A stretch of 64,000 nucleotides of DNA from an uncultured Phycisphaerales bacterium (lineage in GTDB: Bacteria; Planctomycetota; Phycisphaerae; Tepidisphaerales; Tepidisphaeraceae). Positions 20,855 through 32,441 of this stretch are shown here, one piece after another. Position 1 is the stretch's first letter. Every line of letters starts with the position of its first letter. The notes under the pieces were generated by a model that saw nothing but the letters and a program-made list of their open reading frames with translations, ran no database searches and was not told the origin of the DNA. The translations under genes and the position numbers were made by a program. The stretch spans positions 4,864,001 through 4,928,000 of the forward strand of contig CAVWVQ010000003.1 of assembly GCA_963758525.1 (NCBI GenBank). The letters are read 5' to 3'.

Positions 20855-23508
20855 ATGCGTTTCGATAAATTCACACTCAAGGCTCAGGAAGCGGTGCAGG
20901 GCGCTCAGGAACTGGCCCAGCAACGCAATCACGCCGAGATTTTGCCGATTCATTTGCTCGCCGCGTTGCTCAACGAAACAGAAGGAGTGATGCGGCCCCT
21001 GTTGCAGAAGATCGGTGCCGACCCGGGCCGGATCGCACAGGCGGTTGACTCGGAACTGGATCGTCTGCCCAGCGCCACGGGAACGCAGCTCGGAATGGCG
21101 CGGGCTGCGCAGGATGTCTTCACGCAGGCGCAGAAGGAAGCGGATCGGCTGAAAGACGAATACGTTTCCACGGAGCATCTGCTCTTATCACTCACTCAGA
21201 CCAAGAGTTCGGCGCGAGATATTCTTTCGTCGAACTCCGTTGACCATGCGGCAATCCTTGGAGCCCTCAAAGACATTCGCGGCGGGCAGCGCGTCACCGA
21301 CCAAAATCCCGAAGACAAATATCAGGCATTGCAGCGCTATGGACGCGATTTGGTGGAAATGGCCCGATTGGGAAAAATCGACCCGGTCATCGGGCGCGAC
21401 GACGAAATCCGCCGCACGATGCAGGTGCTGGCACGGCGAACCAAAAACAATCCCGTGCTGATCGGCGAGCCTGGAGTGGGGAAGACCGCGATTGTCGAAG
21501 GCCTCGCCATTCGCATGCTCAACGGGGACGTGCCGACGGTGCTCAAGAACAAGCGGGTCATCGCGCTGGATATGGGAGCATTGATCGCCGGCGCCAAATT
21601 CCGCGGCGAGTTCGAGGATCGGCTCAAGGCCGTCATCAAAGAGGTGACGCAGAGTGACGGCAACGTAATTCTCTTCATCGATGAATTGCATACGGTCGTC
21701 GGCGCCGGAAAGGCCGAGGGCTCGATGGACGCCGGCAACCTGCTCAAGCCGGCGCTGTGCGCGGCGAGCTCCGCACCATCGGCGCCACGACGCTCGATGA
21801 ATATCAGAAGCACATCAGCAAGGACGCGGCTCTGGAGCGCCGATTCCAGCCGATCACCGTCGACCAGCCGAGCGTCGAAGACACCATCGCGATCCTGCGC
21901 GGCTTGAAGCAGCGCTACGAATCGCACCATGGCGTCCGCATCACTGACAGCGCCATCGTCTCGGCGGCGGTATTGTCGGATCGATACATCACCGAGCGCT
22001 TTCTGCCCGACAAGGCAATCGACCTCATCGACGAAGCGGCTTCCCGTCTGCGCATCGAGAACGATTCGATGCCCGCCGAGCTGGACGAAATTCGCCGGCG
22101 GATGATGCAATTGCAGATCGAGCTGGAAGCGCTGCGTAAGGAAAAAGATCCCGCTTCACGCCAACAGGCCGCAAAGGCAGAGAGAGAACTTGCCGAACTG
22201 CAGGAGAAGAACACCGCTCTCAGCGCCCGCTGGGAGAGCGAGAAAGGGGCGATGGACGCCATCAAGCAGTTGCAGGGGCAGCTCGATTCGAAGCAGACAG
22301 AGCTGGAGAACGCCCAGCGGTCCGGCAACTGGGAAGTGGCGGCGCGCATCCAATATGGCGAGCTTCGCGACATCAAATCGCGCATTGAACAGGCCGAGCA
22401 AAGGCTCCATGCGCTGCAGTCGGACGGCAACTCGCTGGTCCGTGATGAAGTGACTCCCGAGGAAATCGCCGGCGTTGTCTCCCGCTGGACCGGCGTTCCC
22501 GTCACTCGCATGCTCGAGGGAGAGCGCGAGAAACTCCTCAAGATGGAGGATCGGCTTGCTCATCGCGTGATCGGCCAGGAGACGGCGGTTCGCGCTGTCT
22601 CCGATGCGGTGCGCCGCAATCGCGCGGGGTTGGGCGATCCCAATCGACCGATCGGTTCGTTCATGTTTCTCGGCCCGACCGGCGTTGGCAAAACAGAATT
22701 GTGCAAGGCGCTTGCCGAGTTTCTGTTCGACGACGACAACGCGATGGTCCGGATCGACATGAGCGAGTTCATGGAGCAGCACTCCGTCGCTCGCCTGATC
22801 GGCGCGCCGCCCGGCTACGTGGGCTACGAAGAGGGCGGGCGACTGACGGAAGCGGTTCGTCGCCGGCCGTATGCGGTGATCCTCTTCGACGAAATCGAAA
22901 AGGCGCATCGCGACGTGTTCAACGTCCTGCTGCAGGTGCTGGATGACGGGCGGCTCACCGACGGCCAGGGCCGAACGGTCAATTTCAAGAACACCGTCAT
23001 TGTCATGACGAGCAACATCGGCTCGACTGAGATTCAGAAGCTGGCAACCCGCGAGGCGCCGGAATGGGAAGTTGAAGCCGCGGTCAAAGACCTGCTCAAG
23101 CAGCAGTTCCGCCCGGAGTTTCTCAACCGCATTGACGAAGTGATTCTCTTCCACAGTCTCAATAAGGAGCAACTCACCAAGATTGTCGACGTGCAGCTCG
23201 AGTCGCTTCGTAAACGGCTGGCGCAGCGAAACCTGAGCCTCTCAATCAGCGAATCGGCAAAGCGGCGATTGGCCGAAGAAGGGTACGATCCAACGTACGG
23301 CGCCAGGCCGTTGAAGCGGGTGATCCAGCAGCAGATTGAGAACCCGCTGGCATCCAAAATTCTCAACGGAGATTTCGCCGAGGGGTCGACGGTTTCAATC
23401 GATGCGAAGGACTCGGGTGCCTTTACCTTCTCGGTATTGCCGGCTCAGCACGACAAAGCCGAACCGGAACCGGCGGGGCATCGCCGTGTGAATCACGCGA
23501 CGACGTAG
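20855..23508 (+). CDS. clpB: ATP-dependent chaperone ClpB, frameshift near 21757
   Basis: Two AAA+ modules ([16 protein letters not shown]), coiled-coil M domain, GAPPGYVGY; the two ORFs join at LKPAL|RGEL. Confidence 0.95.
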
Positions 23509-23562
23509 CATAGCCGTCTCGGCTGTGGCTTTGGGAAATCACAGCCGAGACGGCCGTGCTAC
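23505..23562. repeat. GTAG-type REP doublet (GTAGCATAGCCGTCTCGGCTGTG ... CACAGCCGAGACGGCCGTGCTAC)
   Basis: 23-bp inverted arms; GTAG contains the clpB stop codon. Confidence 0.82.
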
Positions 23563-23681
23563 GGGACATTCGCCGTCCGTTCGCCCCGAAATCACGGCAC
23601 TCCGTAGATGGCACTGGGATTTGGATTGGTCGGCGGAAATCCGAGCCTTCGCAGTACTTCTGACTCGGCGTGACAGACGGA

Positions 23682-24074
23682 TTATTGATCGTCCGAACGA
23701 GGTGGCGCATCCGCCCGCGGCGGTACATCCGATGCAATCGATTCCCCCTTGGTTTCCCCCGCCTCGGTCTTCACTTTTCCCAGAATCTGGGCCGCCGATT
23801 CGATAAACAGCCGGCCACCGAGATTGATCGCGTCGCCGGCGACGATGCCGGTGACAATGACCTTGGCGCGCTCATGAACGGTGAGGTTGCCGCTAACGCT
23901 GCCGAAGATGTGTACCCGGCCGTCGCGTTCGACGTCGAGGTTGCCGTAGATCACGCCGCGAAGATAAAACTTGGAGCCCCTGATGGCACGCACGTTTCCC
24001 GCGATCGATCCCCAAAGCGTTACCGGCTCATCGATCGTCGCGTCTCCCAGTAGATGATGCATCTCATTCCGCAT
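23682..24074 (-). CDS. Bactofilin-like (polymer-forming) beta-helix protein
   Basis: Repeating G-x-[IV]-x-G-[ND]-[VL] pattern at about 17-aa spacing. Confidence 0.65.
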   Translation of the reverse strand: MRNEMHHLLGDATIDEPVTLWGSIAGNVRAIRGSKFYLRGVIYGNLDVERDGRVHIFGSVSGNLTVHERAKVIVTGIVAGDAINLGGRLFIESAAQILGKVKTEAGETKGESIASDVPPRADAPPRSDDQ

Positions 24075-24102
24075 GAGGCCCAGATGTGGTGGAACAAGGG
24101 AC

Positions 24103-24936
24103 CTAAGGCCCCACCCCGGTTACGTTGACTTGCATCTCCGACTCGCCCAACGCGAATCTGAGGCCGCGGCTGCTCCGCGCCTGAATCATCAGCAGCAGAA
24201 TGATTGCCAGCGTTGGGAAGCCGATGAAGCGCGCCCATTTGAGTGATGCGAACAACGTGTTGGTGGTCGGGAAGTCATAGTCGCGCGCGAGTTCGGGCCA
24301 GGTGTAGAGCACGCCGGGGATTCGTACGTCGGGCATCGCGTTGGCAACCGAGCTGGGCGCACTTTCGGCTGCCCCCGCATCGATCAGCGCGGCGGCCGCC
24401 GATGCGTCGGTGGCGATCACTTCGCCGGAGACGTGCCCGCGCCAATCGCGCTGCAGACGGATCGTGCGCAGCTCGCCGTTCAACAGCGACTGCCACGGAA
24501 TCAACATCGCCATCAAGACCACGCACCAGACAAAAGCGGACGTGACGTGTGTTACCCCAACCAGTCTTCCGACCAGCATGATGGTCACGATGAGCAACAG
24601 CATCACGGCCAGCACCAGCACCAGGGTGATGCAGCAAAAATCGGTGGCGCCAACCAGGAAGCGAACGGCCGGAGCGGCCAGACGCTGCCCCGTGGTTGGC
24701 TCCGCGGGGGTCGGCTGAATCAGCGCGACCTGCGTGGTGGATGTGGAGCCGCCTGCCGACTCAATCGTTGCCGTCAGATGCACGGCAGTGACAAAGCGAG
24801 CGACCAGAAAGATGGCAATCTGCAGCAGCAGCAAAAGCAGAAGCAACAGAAACACGCAATTCTTCGCCCGCCGCGCCACCAGCATGGCATCGGCATAATC
24901 CGCGGCAACGGCCAGCGGCGCGGTCTGTGTAATCAT
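24103..24936 (-). CDS. Hypothetical membrane protein (about 4 TM)
   Basis: Hydrophobic segments; ATG after AGGAAAGGA. Confidence 0.6.
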   Translation of the reverse strand: MITQTAPLAVAADYADAMLVARRAKNCVFLLLLLLLLLQIAIFLVARFVTAVHLTATIESAGGSTSTTQVALIQPTPAEPTTGQRLAAPAVRFLVGATDFCCITLVLVLAVMLLLIVTIMLVGRLVGVTHVTSAFVWCVVLMAMLIPWQSLLNGELRTIRLQRDWRGHVSGEVIATDASAAAALIDAGAAESAPSSVANAMPDVRIPGVLYTWPELARDYDFPTTNTLFASLKWARFIGFPTLAIILLLMIQARSSRGLRFALGESEMQVNVTGVGP

Positions 24937-25159
24937 GCGGCGTATCCTTTCCTGATCGTCTTCTTCCGTAGTTAACGTAAATACGCCGGCTTCGCAATTC
25001 GGCAAATCGCATTGGCAGCCGCGGCGCGCACGAACTCCAGGCCAGGTTCATTCAAGGCAACACCGTGCCTTCTGCGACGCTCGCATCGCTCGCACTTCAT
25101 CCGATCACGGATTGATCGATTGACGAATGCCCACGCCGGTCTTCAATCACAACGCGATT

Positions 25160-26143
25160 TCATCCGGCAAGTGCCTTTCGAACCACCGCTCGCATCTTCT
25201 CAATTCCCTCCTTCGCCACCTTCACCGGACTCCGTTTCCAATAATCGCGGTTGAACAGTTCCAGCGAGAGATGTCCGCGGAAGCCGGCGTCTCTCATGTT
25301 GCGGAGTATGTCCGAAAGCGGGGCGATTCCGTCGCCGGGGAAGACTCGATGGGCGTCGGTGATCGTCTCGCGCGGCGGATTCGCGGGGTAGTCGTTCATG
25401 TGAATGACATGAACCGCGGCGGCCGAGAGCAAACGCAGACCGTTTGGATCGGAGCCGCCTTTGTAGAGGTGGTAGACATCGGGAAGAATGCAGGCTTTGG
25501 GATGGCCGCTGTCGATGGCGATCATCGCCGCTTCGCTCAGCTTGCGCAGGTTTTTGGACGGTCCCCAGAATTCCGCCTCGGGGATGACGCCCATCTGATC
25601 GCCCAGATCGCAGATCGCGCGGTATCGCTTCGCCGCGTCGAGGAGACTGATTTGGGGATCCTTGGTTCCGTTCGCGCCCACTGGCGGGGCAGCGATGCGT
25701 TTCCCGCCGATTTGGGCGACGGTGTCCATGTCCCGCTTCATCTGCTCCAGACCCTTCGCGCGGGCCGAGTCGTCGTCGACGATCCAAGGCGCAAAGCCGA
25801 TGGCGCTCTCGACAGTCATTCCCAGATCGGCAATGCGCTTGCCCAGATCCTTGAGCGAACCGCCTGACTTTCCATACGCATCGAGTTCGCGAAGCCACGG
25901 CTCGATTGCCCCAAACCCGGCTTCGGCGGCGATCTCCACGACTTTGACGATGCCGAGGTTCTGACCGCTGATGGTGCTGGTGTTCAGGCAATACCCGAAT
26001 GGTTCGTCCGCTGGGCGCGTGGATGGACTGTTCTGCGCCTGGACGTCCGCGCCGCCAATGGATGTCCCCGCGGCAACCGCGCCGGCGATGAGGAACTGTC
26101 TTCTCGAAGTGCAACTGTTGGAGTTCGGGAAGTTGGGCATCAT
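25160..26143 (-). CDS. Tat-exported sugar-phosphate isomerase/epimerase (xylose isomerase-like TIM barrel)
   Basis: SRRQFL Tat motif, LNTSTI, DVYHLYKG, HMNDYP, RVFPGDG, SLELFN. Confidence 0.85.
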   Translation of the reverse strand: MMPNFPNSNSCTSRRQFLIAGAVAAGTSIGGADVQAQNSPSTRPADEPFGYCLNTSTISGQNLGIVKVVEIAAEAGFGAIEPWLRELDAYGKSGGSLKDLGKRIADLGMTVESAIGFAPWIVDDDSARAKGLEQMKRDMDTVAQIGGKRIAAPPVGANGTKDPQISLLDAAKRYRAICDLGDQMGVIPEAEFWGPSKNLRKLSEAAMIAIDSGHPKACILPDVYHLYKGGSDPNGLRLLSAAAVHVIHMNDYPANPPRETITDAHRVFPGDGIAPLSDILRNMRDAGFRGHLSLELFNRDYWKRSPVKVAKEGIEKMRAVVRKALAG

Positions 26144-26314
26144 ACCTCTGGTTCGAGTGTTCTAACGAGCGGGTAGCGTAACCATTGCACGGGCGTGCGC
26201 GAATTTCCGGGGAGCGTCTTCTTCGCCTATTCGCGTACCGGGTGCTTGCAAATGCTCGCGGGCAATCCAACAATCCTGTTTTGCACAAAAGGTACCAGAC
26301 CGGAGTTTCCCCCC

Positions 26315-26743
26315 ATGGCTGAATTGCATATCGACACCGATTGGAAAAAGCAGGCGCAGGAAGAAAAGAAGAAGCTGGCGGAGCAGGCGCAGAAGCGCGC
26401 CGCCGAGACACAGGGGCCGCTTGCGGCTTCTCCAGCAGGCGCGGGCGGTAGGCCCGGTGCAGGACCCACAGGGAAGCGCGGCGCCCGGGAGCTCCCCGAG
26501 GCGAGCTTCACGACGGTCGTGCAAGGCGTCGTCACGCAGGCGCTGTATTACATGGGAGGCCTGGCGATGCAGGGCGCCGAACCTACCGTTAATCTGGACA
26601 TGGCCAAACATCAGTTGGATACGCTGGCGGTGCTCGAGGCCAAGACAAAGAACAACCTCACGCCCGAGGAGCAGAAAATGCTCGACGAGGCGATGTATGA
26701 GGCGCAGATGCGCTTCGTGGGAATCGCGTCGGAATATGTCTGA
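26315..26743 (+). CDS. DUF1844 family protein
   Basis: HIDTDWKKQAQEEK, AKHQLDTLAVLEAKTKNNLTPEE. Confidence 0.8.
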   Translation: MAELHIDTDWKKQAQEEKKKLAEQAQKRAAETQGPLAASPAGAGGRPGAGPTGKRGARELPEASFTTVVQGVVTQALYYMGGLAMQGAEPTVNLDMAKHQLDTLAVLEAKTKNNLTPEEQKMLDEAMYEAQMRFVGIASEYV

Positions 26744-26786
26744 CGAGGTGCGTTAGAGCAGATTTTCCGCTTGGAGTGGCGGCCAT

Positions 26787-26841
26787 TGTGGTGCGGGCTT
26801 CCAGCCTGCTGCTCAGAGGCAGGCTGGAAGCCTGCAGCACA
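26787..26841. repeat. REP doublet (GTGGTGCGGGCTTCCAGCCTGC ... GCAGGCTGGAAGCCTGCAGCAC)
   Basis: About 22-bp inverted arms around a 9-nt spacer. Confidence 0.8.
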
Positions 26842-26875
26842 CCGCCACATCAGTCATCAAAATGCTGCAGGCGCA

Positions 26876-29325
26876 ATGAATTCTATGAAAGCTCTCGCCT
26901 TTTTGCTCCCTCTTTTTTCGTTGGCTCTGCTCACATCGGCTGGCGAGCAAGATCTGAAGCTCTGGTACGACAAGCCCGCAACGAATTGGAACGAGGCGTT
27001 GCCGATCGGCAACGGACGACTCGGCGCGATGGTGTTTGGTGAAACAGCCGGCGAGCATCTTCAACTCAACGAAGACACGCTGGTTTCCGGTTATCCCGGG
27101 TATCGCGACCTTCACCTCGATATCCGCAAGGACTTCCCTGGGGTCACCGAGCTGATCTCCCGCCGGGAATTCGCCGAGGCCGGCGACGTGATCACGAAGA
27201 ATTGGCTGGGCTCCGCATGGGCATGCTACCAGCCGCTGGGTGATCTGTTCGTCGACTTTGACGAGAAGGGACATGCGGAGAAGTACACGCGCGAGCTCGA
27301 TCTCCAGAATTCAATTTGCAGGGTCCGGTACGAAGTCGGTGGAGTGACATTCACTCGCGAAATCTTCGCGAGTCATCCCGACCAGGCCATTGTGCTCCGG
27401 CTTTCCGCGGATAAGCCGGGGAAGTTAAACTTTCGCGTTCGACTGACCTCGCCGCATCCGGTCACGGTCCAGGCAGACTCTTCGCAGCTTACGATGAAGG
27501 GACAACTTCCCGGGCTGGTGGTGCGTCGCACGCTCGACTGGATCGAGAAGAAAGGGGACACGTGGAAGTATCCGCAACTCTGGGACAAGAAAGGGAAGCG
27601 GCTGCCAAATGCGAGTCAGGTGATCTACGACGGCCGTGGCTTATTCTTCGACGCTCGCCTGAAGATCGCGGCATCTGGTGGCAAGGTGTCGGCGGAGAAA
27701 GACGCGCTGGCCGTCAGCGGCGCGGATGAGGCGGTCATCGTCTACAGCGCTGCCTCAAGCTATGGCGGGTTTCAGCAGCCGCAGATCGACGCTTCTCAAA
27801 AGGCAGATGGTTTCCTTCAGAGTGCGGCAAAGCTCGATTACTCCGAGCTGTTGAACCGGCACGTTGCGGACTACCACAGCTTGTTCAATCGCGTCGCACT
27901 GGACCTGGGCAAACAAACTGATTTGCCCACGGACGAGCGGCTGAACAAGCCGGATCCGTCGCTGGCGGCCTTGTATTTTCAGTTCGGCAGGTACTTGATG
28001 ATCTCCGGTTCACGGCCGGGCGGGCAGCCGTTGAACCTGCAGGGGATTTGGAATGACCAGGTGGTTGCGCCGTGGGCGTGCCAGTATACGCTCAACATCA
28101 ATCTCGAGATGAACTACTGGCCGGCGGAAGAGTGCAATCTTTCTGAATGCACTGAGCCGTTGTTGCGGATGATTGGGGAGCTTGCCGTCAACGGTCGTAA
28201 GGTCGCGCATGACATGTACGGCAGGCGCGGCTGGGTCGTGCATCACAACACGACTCTCTGGCGCGATTGTGAACCGGTGGACAACGTCGCCCAGGTCGCC
28301 TTCTGGCCGATGGGGAGCGGCTGGCTCTGCCAGCATCTTTTCGAGCATTATCGCTTTACGGACGATCGAAGTTTTCTGCAGAATCAGGCGTATCCGCTGA
28401 TGAAAGACGCCAGCCTTTTTTATCTCGACTGGCTCGTGGATAACGGCAAAGGCCAACTCGTCACGCCGATCAGCAGCTCCCCTGAAAACCAATTCTTCTA
28501 CACCGATTCCAAAGGGAAGAAGACGCGCGGCAGCATCAGCGCGGGAAGCTCAATGGACATGGAGATCATTCATGATCTTTTCGCCAACACGCTTCAGTCA
28601 GCCGAGATCCTCGATACCGACGCCGATTTTCGCGCCAGCTCGCGGGCGCGCTGGGGAAACTGCTGCCGCTTCAGATTGGCTCGGGGGGCCAGCTTCAGGA
28701 GTGGCAGGAAGACTTTGCCCAGACCGATCCGCAGCATCGCCACGTCTCCCATCTCTTTGCCCTCTATCCCGGCGATCAGATCACGGTGAAGACGCCCGAT
28801 CTGTTTAACGCCGCCCGCGCTTCCCTCCTGGCGCGGGGCGATGTTGGCACCGGCTGGTCGCTGGGATGGAAGATCAATCTGTGGGCACGCCTGCTCGACG
28901 GCGACCACGCCGCCCTGATTCTTGCGAATCAGCTCAGCGTACCGGGGAGCCATGGCTCCACGTTTGAATCGGGAGGCGGAACTTACCCCAATCTCTTTGA
29001 CGCTCATCCACCGTTTCAGATCGACGGGAACTTCGGCGGCACCGCCGGGATCACGGAGATGCTCCTCCAGTCACAAGAGCAAGAAAACGACAAGCAGAGT
29101 TCTCCTGCGTTGCCACCGTCCTACATTGTGGCGATTCTTCCCGCATTACCCTCGTCATGGCCGAACGGATCTGTGACAGGCCTGCAGGCCAGAGGCGGCC
29201 TGTCAGTGGACATCGCGTGGAAGAACGGCAAGGTCGTCTCGTATCGCATTTCCGCAAAGACGCCGCGGAAGGTGAAAGCTCGAATCAACGGGGTGGTGCA
29301 GGAGGTGATGGCGGAGCAGAGCTGA
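26876..29325 (+). CDS. Glycoside hydrolase family 95 (alpha-L-fucosidase/galactosidase-like), frameshift near 28635
   Basis: WNEALPIGNGRLGAM, FQFGRYL, NLQGIWN, NINLEMNYW, HRHVSHL (in shifted frame), HPPFQIDGNFG. Confidence 0.9.
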
Positions 29326-29344
29326 CTTCCCCGGCTGCGTCTTG

Positions 29345-29463
29345 CCCCCTCGCCCGGTACTCCGGGAGAGGGCGGGGGTGAGGGTGATTTTCCGATCCTC
29401 CAGCGCCGCTGGTGCTCGAAATCACCCTCACCCTAACCCTCTCCCGGAGTACCGGGCGAGGGG
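29345..29463. repeat. CCCTCACCCTAACCCTCTCCC-type REP doublet between convergent genes
   Basis: About 45-bp inverted arms; related copies at 29625-29663 and 45984-46023. Confidence 0.85.
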
Positions 29464-29729
29464 ACCAGAGGCGGTCATTCCGTTTGCGCAGTGCTCTCGG
29501 TGCAATGCGCAACCCGCGATGGCAGCTGTGGAACTGACATCTTCATCAGGCCAGGGCTTGGGTGGAGACGGACTTAATTGCCCGAAGGTGAATCGTGCCC
29601 GAAGCTCTGCCTCTCACGAACCAGCCCCCACCCTAACCCTCCCCCGGAGTACCAAGGGAGGGGAAGATGCCGCCGAAGCGTTCCGCACCCGCTTTTCACG
29701 AGCGGTGTCGGATTCGCCTTCCTCCGAAA

Positions 29730-32441
29730 TCATGGGTGACTGGTAAATTGCCGTGCCCATTCCATCGTGGTGATGATATTGATCGCCCATTGCGCGACGC
29801 CCGGCGTGTTGACGCCATGAATCTCCCGTACCGGTTCGGGAACAACCGAACCCTCAATCAAAGCGGGAGTTGCGGGAAATCGCTCTTGGCCATCCTGTTT
29901 TAAGCTGGCGAGAAGAAGATTCCATGCCTGGCTCTTCAGAGCGGGGTCGTGCAATAGATTCGCTGCGTAGGCGCACATTCGCATCTTTGTGTAGCCCTTC
30001 CATTTTGGGTTGGTTGCCCAATTGGTGCAGAGGAGGTTCCAGGCCTTCTCAAACGACGGACAGGGGATCAGATTGATCAGATCCATCGCAATTTGATCGC
30101 CGCCAAAGAGGTCGAGGAACTCGCCAGCGGGATTGTTGGGTGCGCCGATATCGAAAAGTTGCTTGGTGTGCGAGTCGTAGCGAAAGGCCTGAAACGTGAC
30201 GAACTCCTGCGGCATCGATCCGATGCACTTCATTCCGGTCAGCACATAGTCGCGATATTGCACGTTGCCGGTGCGTTCCCATTCGGTCATCCAGTTGCTG
30301 GCAAATGCGAGCCAGTCGGGACCGACGCGCACCAGTGGCGTGGTTCCCCGCGTGACCTCTTTTCGCAGCGGCTGGATGCGATCCACCGTTTGATCGACGT
30401 CCAGAGTTTCGCGCATCAAGTCGCCGGTTCGTTCATCGGTGGTGAGGTAATAAAAGAAACGCTTCAGGAAGGATTCGCTGATGCGCGCTTCCTGGCGCCG
30501 CATCCCCAGTGGCTCACGTTATGGCGCGATCCAAGACCAACGAACCGCCCCATGTGATAGACGTCGACTTCGCTGGTGTTGCGCGTCATCGCCTCGGCGA
30601 ATCGAAACGCATCCGCGCTCCCCGTGCGCAGGAAAGTAAACCAGAGCCAGGCGTTGGGCATCAGTTCAGTGTTGTTCCAGGCGTGTCCGCCAATGTCGTA
30701 CATCCATTCGTGGCGAAGATCGTCGTAGGTCCGCATGACGTCCCCGAAGTCCCAGAATCCGTACCAGCGGCGACGCTCCACTTCTCCGCGGAAGAACTCT
30801 AACGCCCGCTTGAGTTGCTCCTCGGCGGTCGCGCAATCGGCGGAGGAGCCGTCGGGAAGACTCCATACGCCCAAGGTGCGAGTTGAATGGTAGTACTCAG
30901 GGTCACAGACGAGCAGGGGAGGTTCGTTGGCGGTCTTTGCCAGGAGCGCGAGCGCAGCATTTTCGGGCGTCTCGGTCAGCGCCCACAGCACAAGCTCATT
31001 GGTGTTGGCCACGCCGGTCGGAGTGCTGAAGCCTTCGGTGAAGTCTTCGTAGGAAATTTTCCCATCGTGGCCGATCGTGTCGTAATGGCGCAGGTCCATC
31101 GCCGGTGCGTCGGGGGACCAGAACCAGACATTCAGTTCGCCCGCCGGCTTCGTAGCGCCGTTGATCTCGAGTGCGGAAGGGAACTTCTGCCAGAACCGTC
31201 GCACACCAACGGCGAGCCCGCCGGACACATCGCCGAGAAAAACGCATCCCTTTGCGCGGCTGCCATGGAACACCGGGAGCCAGGAGCTGGGCGTACCGGT
31301 GCGCTTGTGGAGCGCGAAGGAGTCGGGGGCGAGTTGGGAAAGGTTAAAGCCATCCCAAACCGCGACAGACTCAAACGCCGCCTTGTTCTTTTCGCCGAGC
31401 GCGTCGAGATTCGCAATCCGTTTTCCCGCGAGCTGGTCCGCATTCATCGCCCGCGCGCCCTTCACCAGCGCCTCGCGATACCCCGGGCTCATCCGAACCG
31501 GCTCCCCCCAGACGCCGTCGTCGTCGGCGGCAAAACGGATGTGCCGGTTCTGCATTTCCTCGCGAAACGGCACGGTGAATGCCATTCCCAGCCCGCGGAT
31601 AAAGTCCATTCGAGCGTCGCCGTCAAAGACGAAGGAGTGCACGATCTTGATCGAGTTGAGCCCCGCGGTGAAGTACAGGCGAACGGTGAACGGCAGCCAT
31701 TGCCGCGCGGGGTCGGAGGAGGCGTGCATTCCTTCGAGCTTGATCACTGCCCGGACCGGTCCGCTCTGTTCGACGGTCACTTTTTGCAACAGGCTCGTGA
31801 AGGCTTCCTGACGCACCCAACCTTCGGCTTCCTTGGAACGATCTTCGCGAATTGCGATGAGTCGGCCGTTACGCCCGATCTCTCGTCCGTCGATCGACAG
31901 CGAAGCGATCAGGTTGCTGCCCGCGCGGGATGGTGCAGAGCAGCCGGCCGGTCGAGATGTCGATCGAGCCCGTCGTCTCCTTCACCTGAACCGGTGACGT
32001 CGGCGGGGGTGAGGCGCCGGCGACGAGTTTGAACGGACCTTCGACAGTGGGCGCCGCAATGGCGAGGCCTGACCATTTGAGCGACCCCTCCGGCCAATAA
32101 GCCAGCGGCCAAGTTTGGGTTGCAATGGCTCGGCCATCCGCAGTTTCCACGTGAAGCTGCTGATCTTTCGGCGTCGCTCCCTCGCGCGGCCACGGGACAC
32201 CCCAACTCACGCCCGATGGCGTGAGCGGAGGAGCATCTCCGAGCCATCGCAGATTGATCGCATTGTTCGGACTGGTCGCAGGCGCGCTCGGCGTGGCAGA
32301 ACCTGGAGCGACGCCCGGAGGAGGCGCGTCGGCGGCGATCGCGCGCTCGCCCAGTCCGCAGATTGAGAGGCCCACGCCGCTGAGGGTGGCATCGCGCAGG
32401 AACTGGCGGCGGGATCTTTCGTTGTTCGAGCCTGAGCTCAT
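29730..32441 (-). CDS. Tat-exported PL26-like exo-rhamnogalacturonan lyase family protein, frameshifts near 31925 and 30490
   Basis: SRRQFL, WGVPW, WPLAYWPEGSLKWS, WYGFWDFGDVM, YDIGGHAWNNTE, GSRHNVSHWG; three ORF pieces join. Confidence 0.75.
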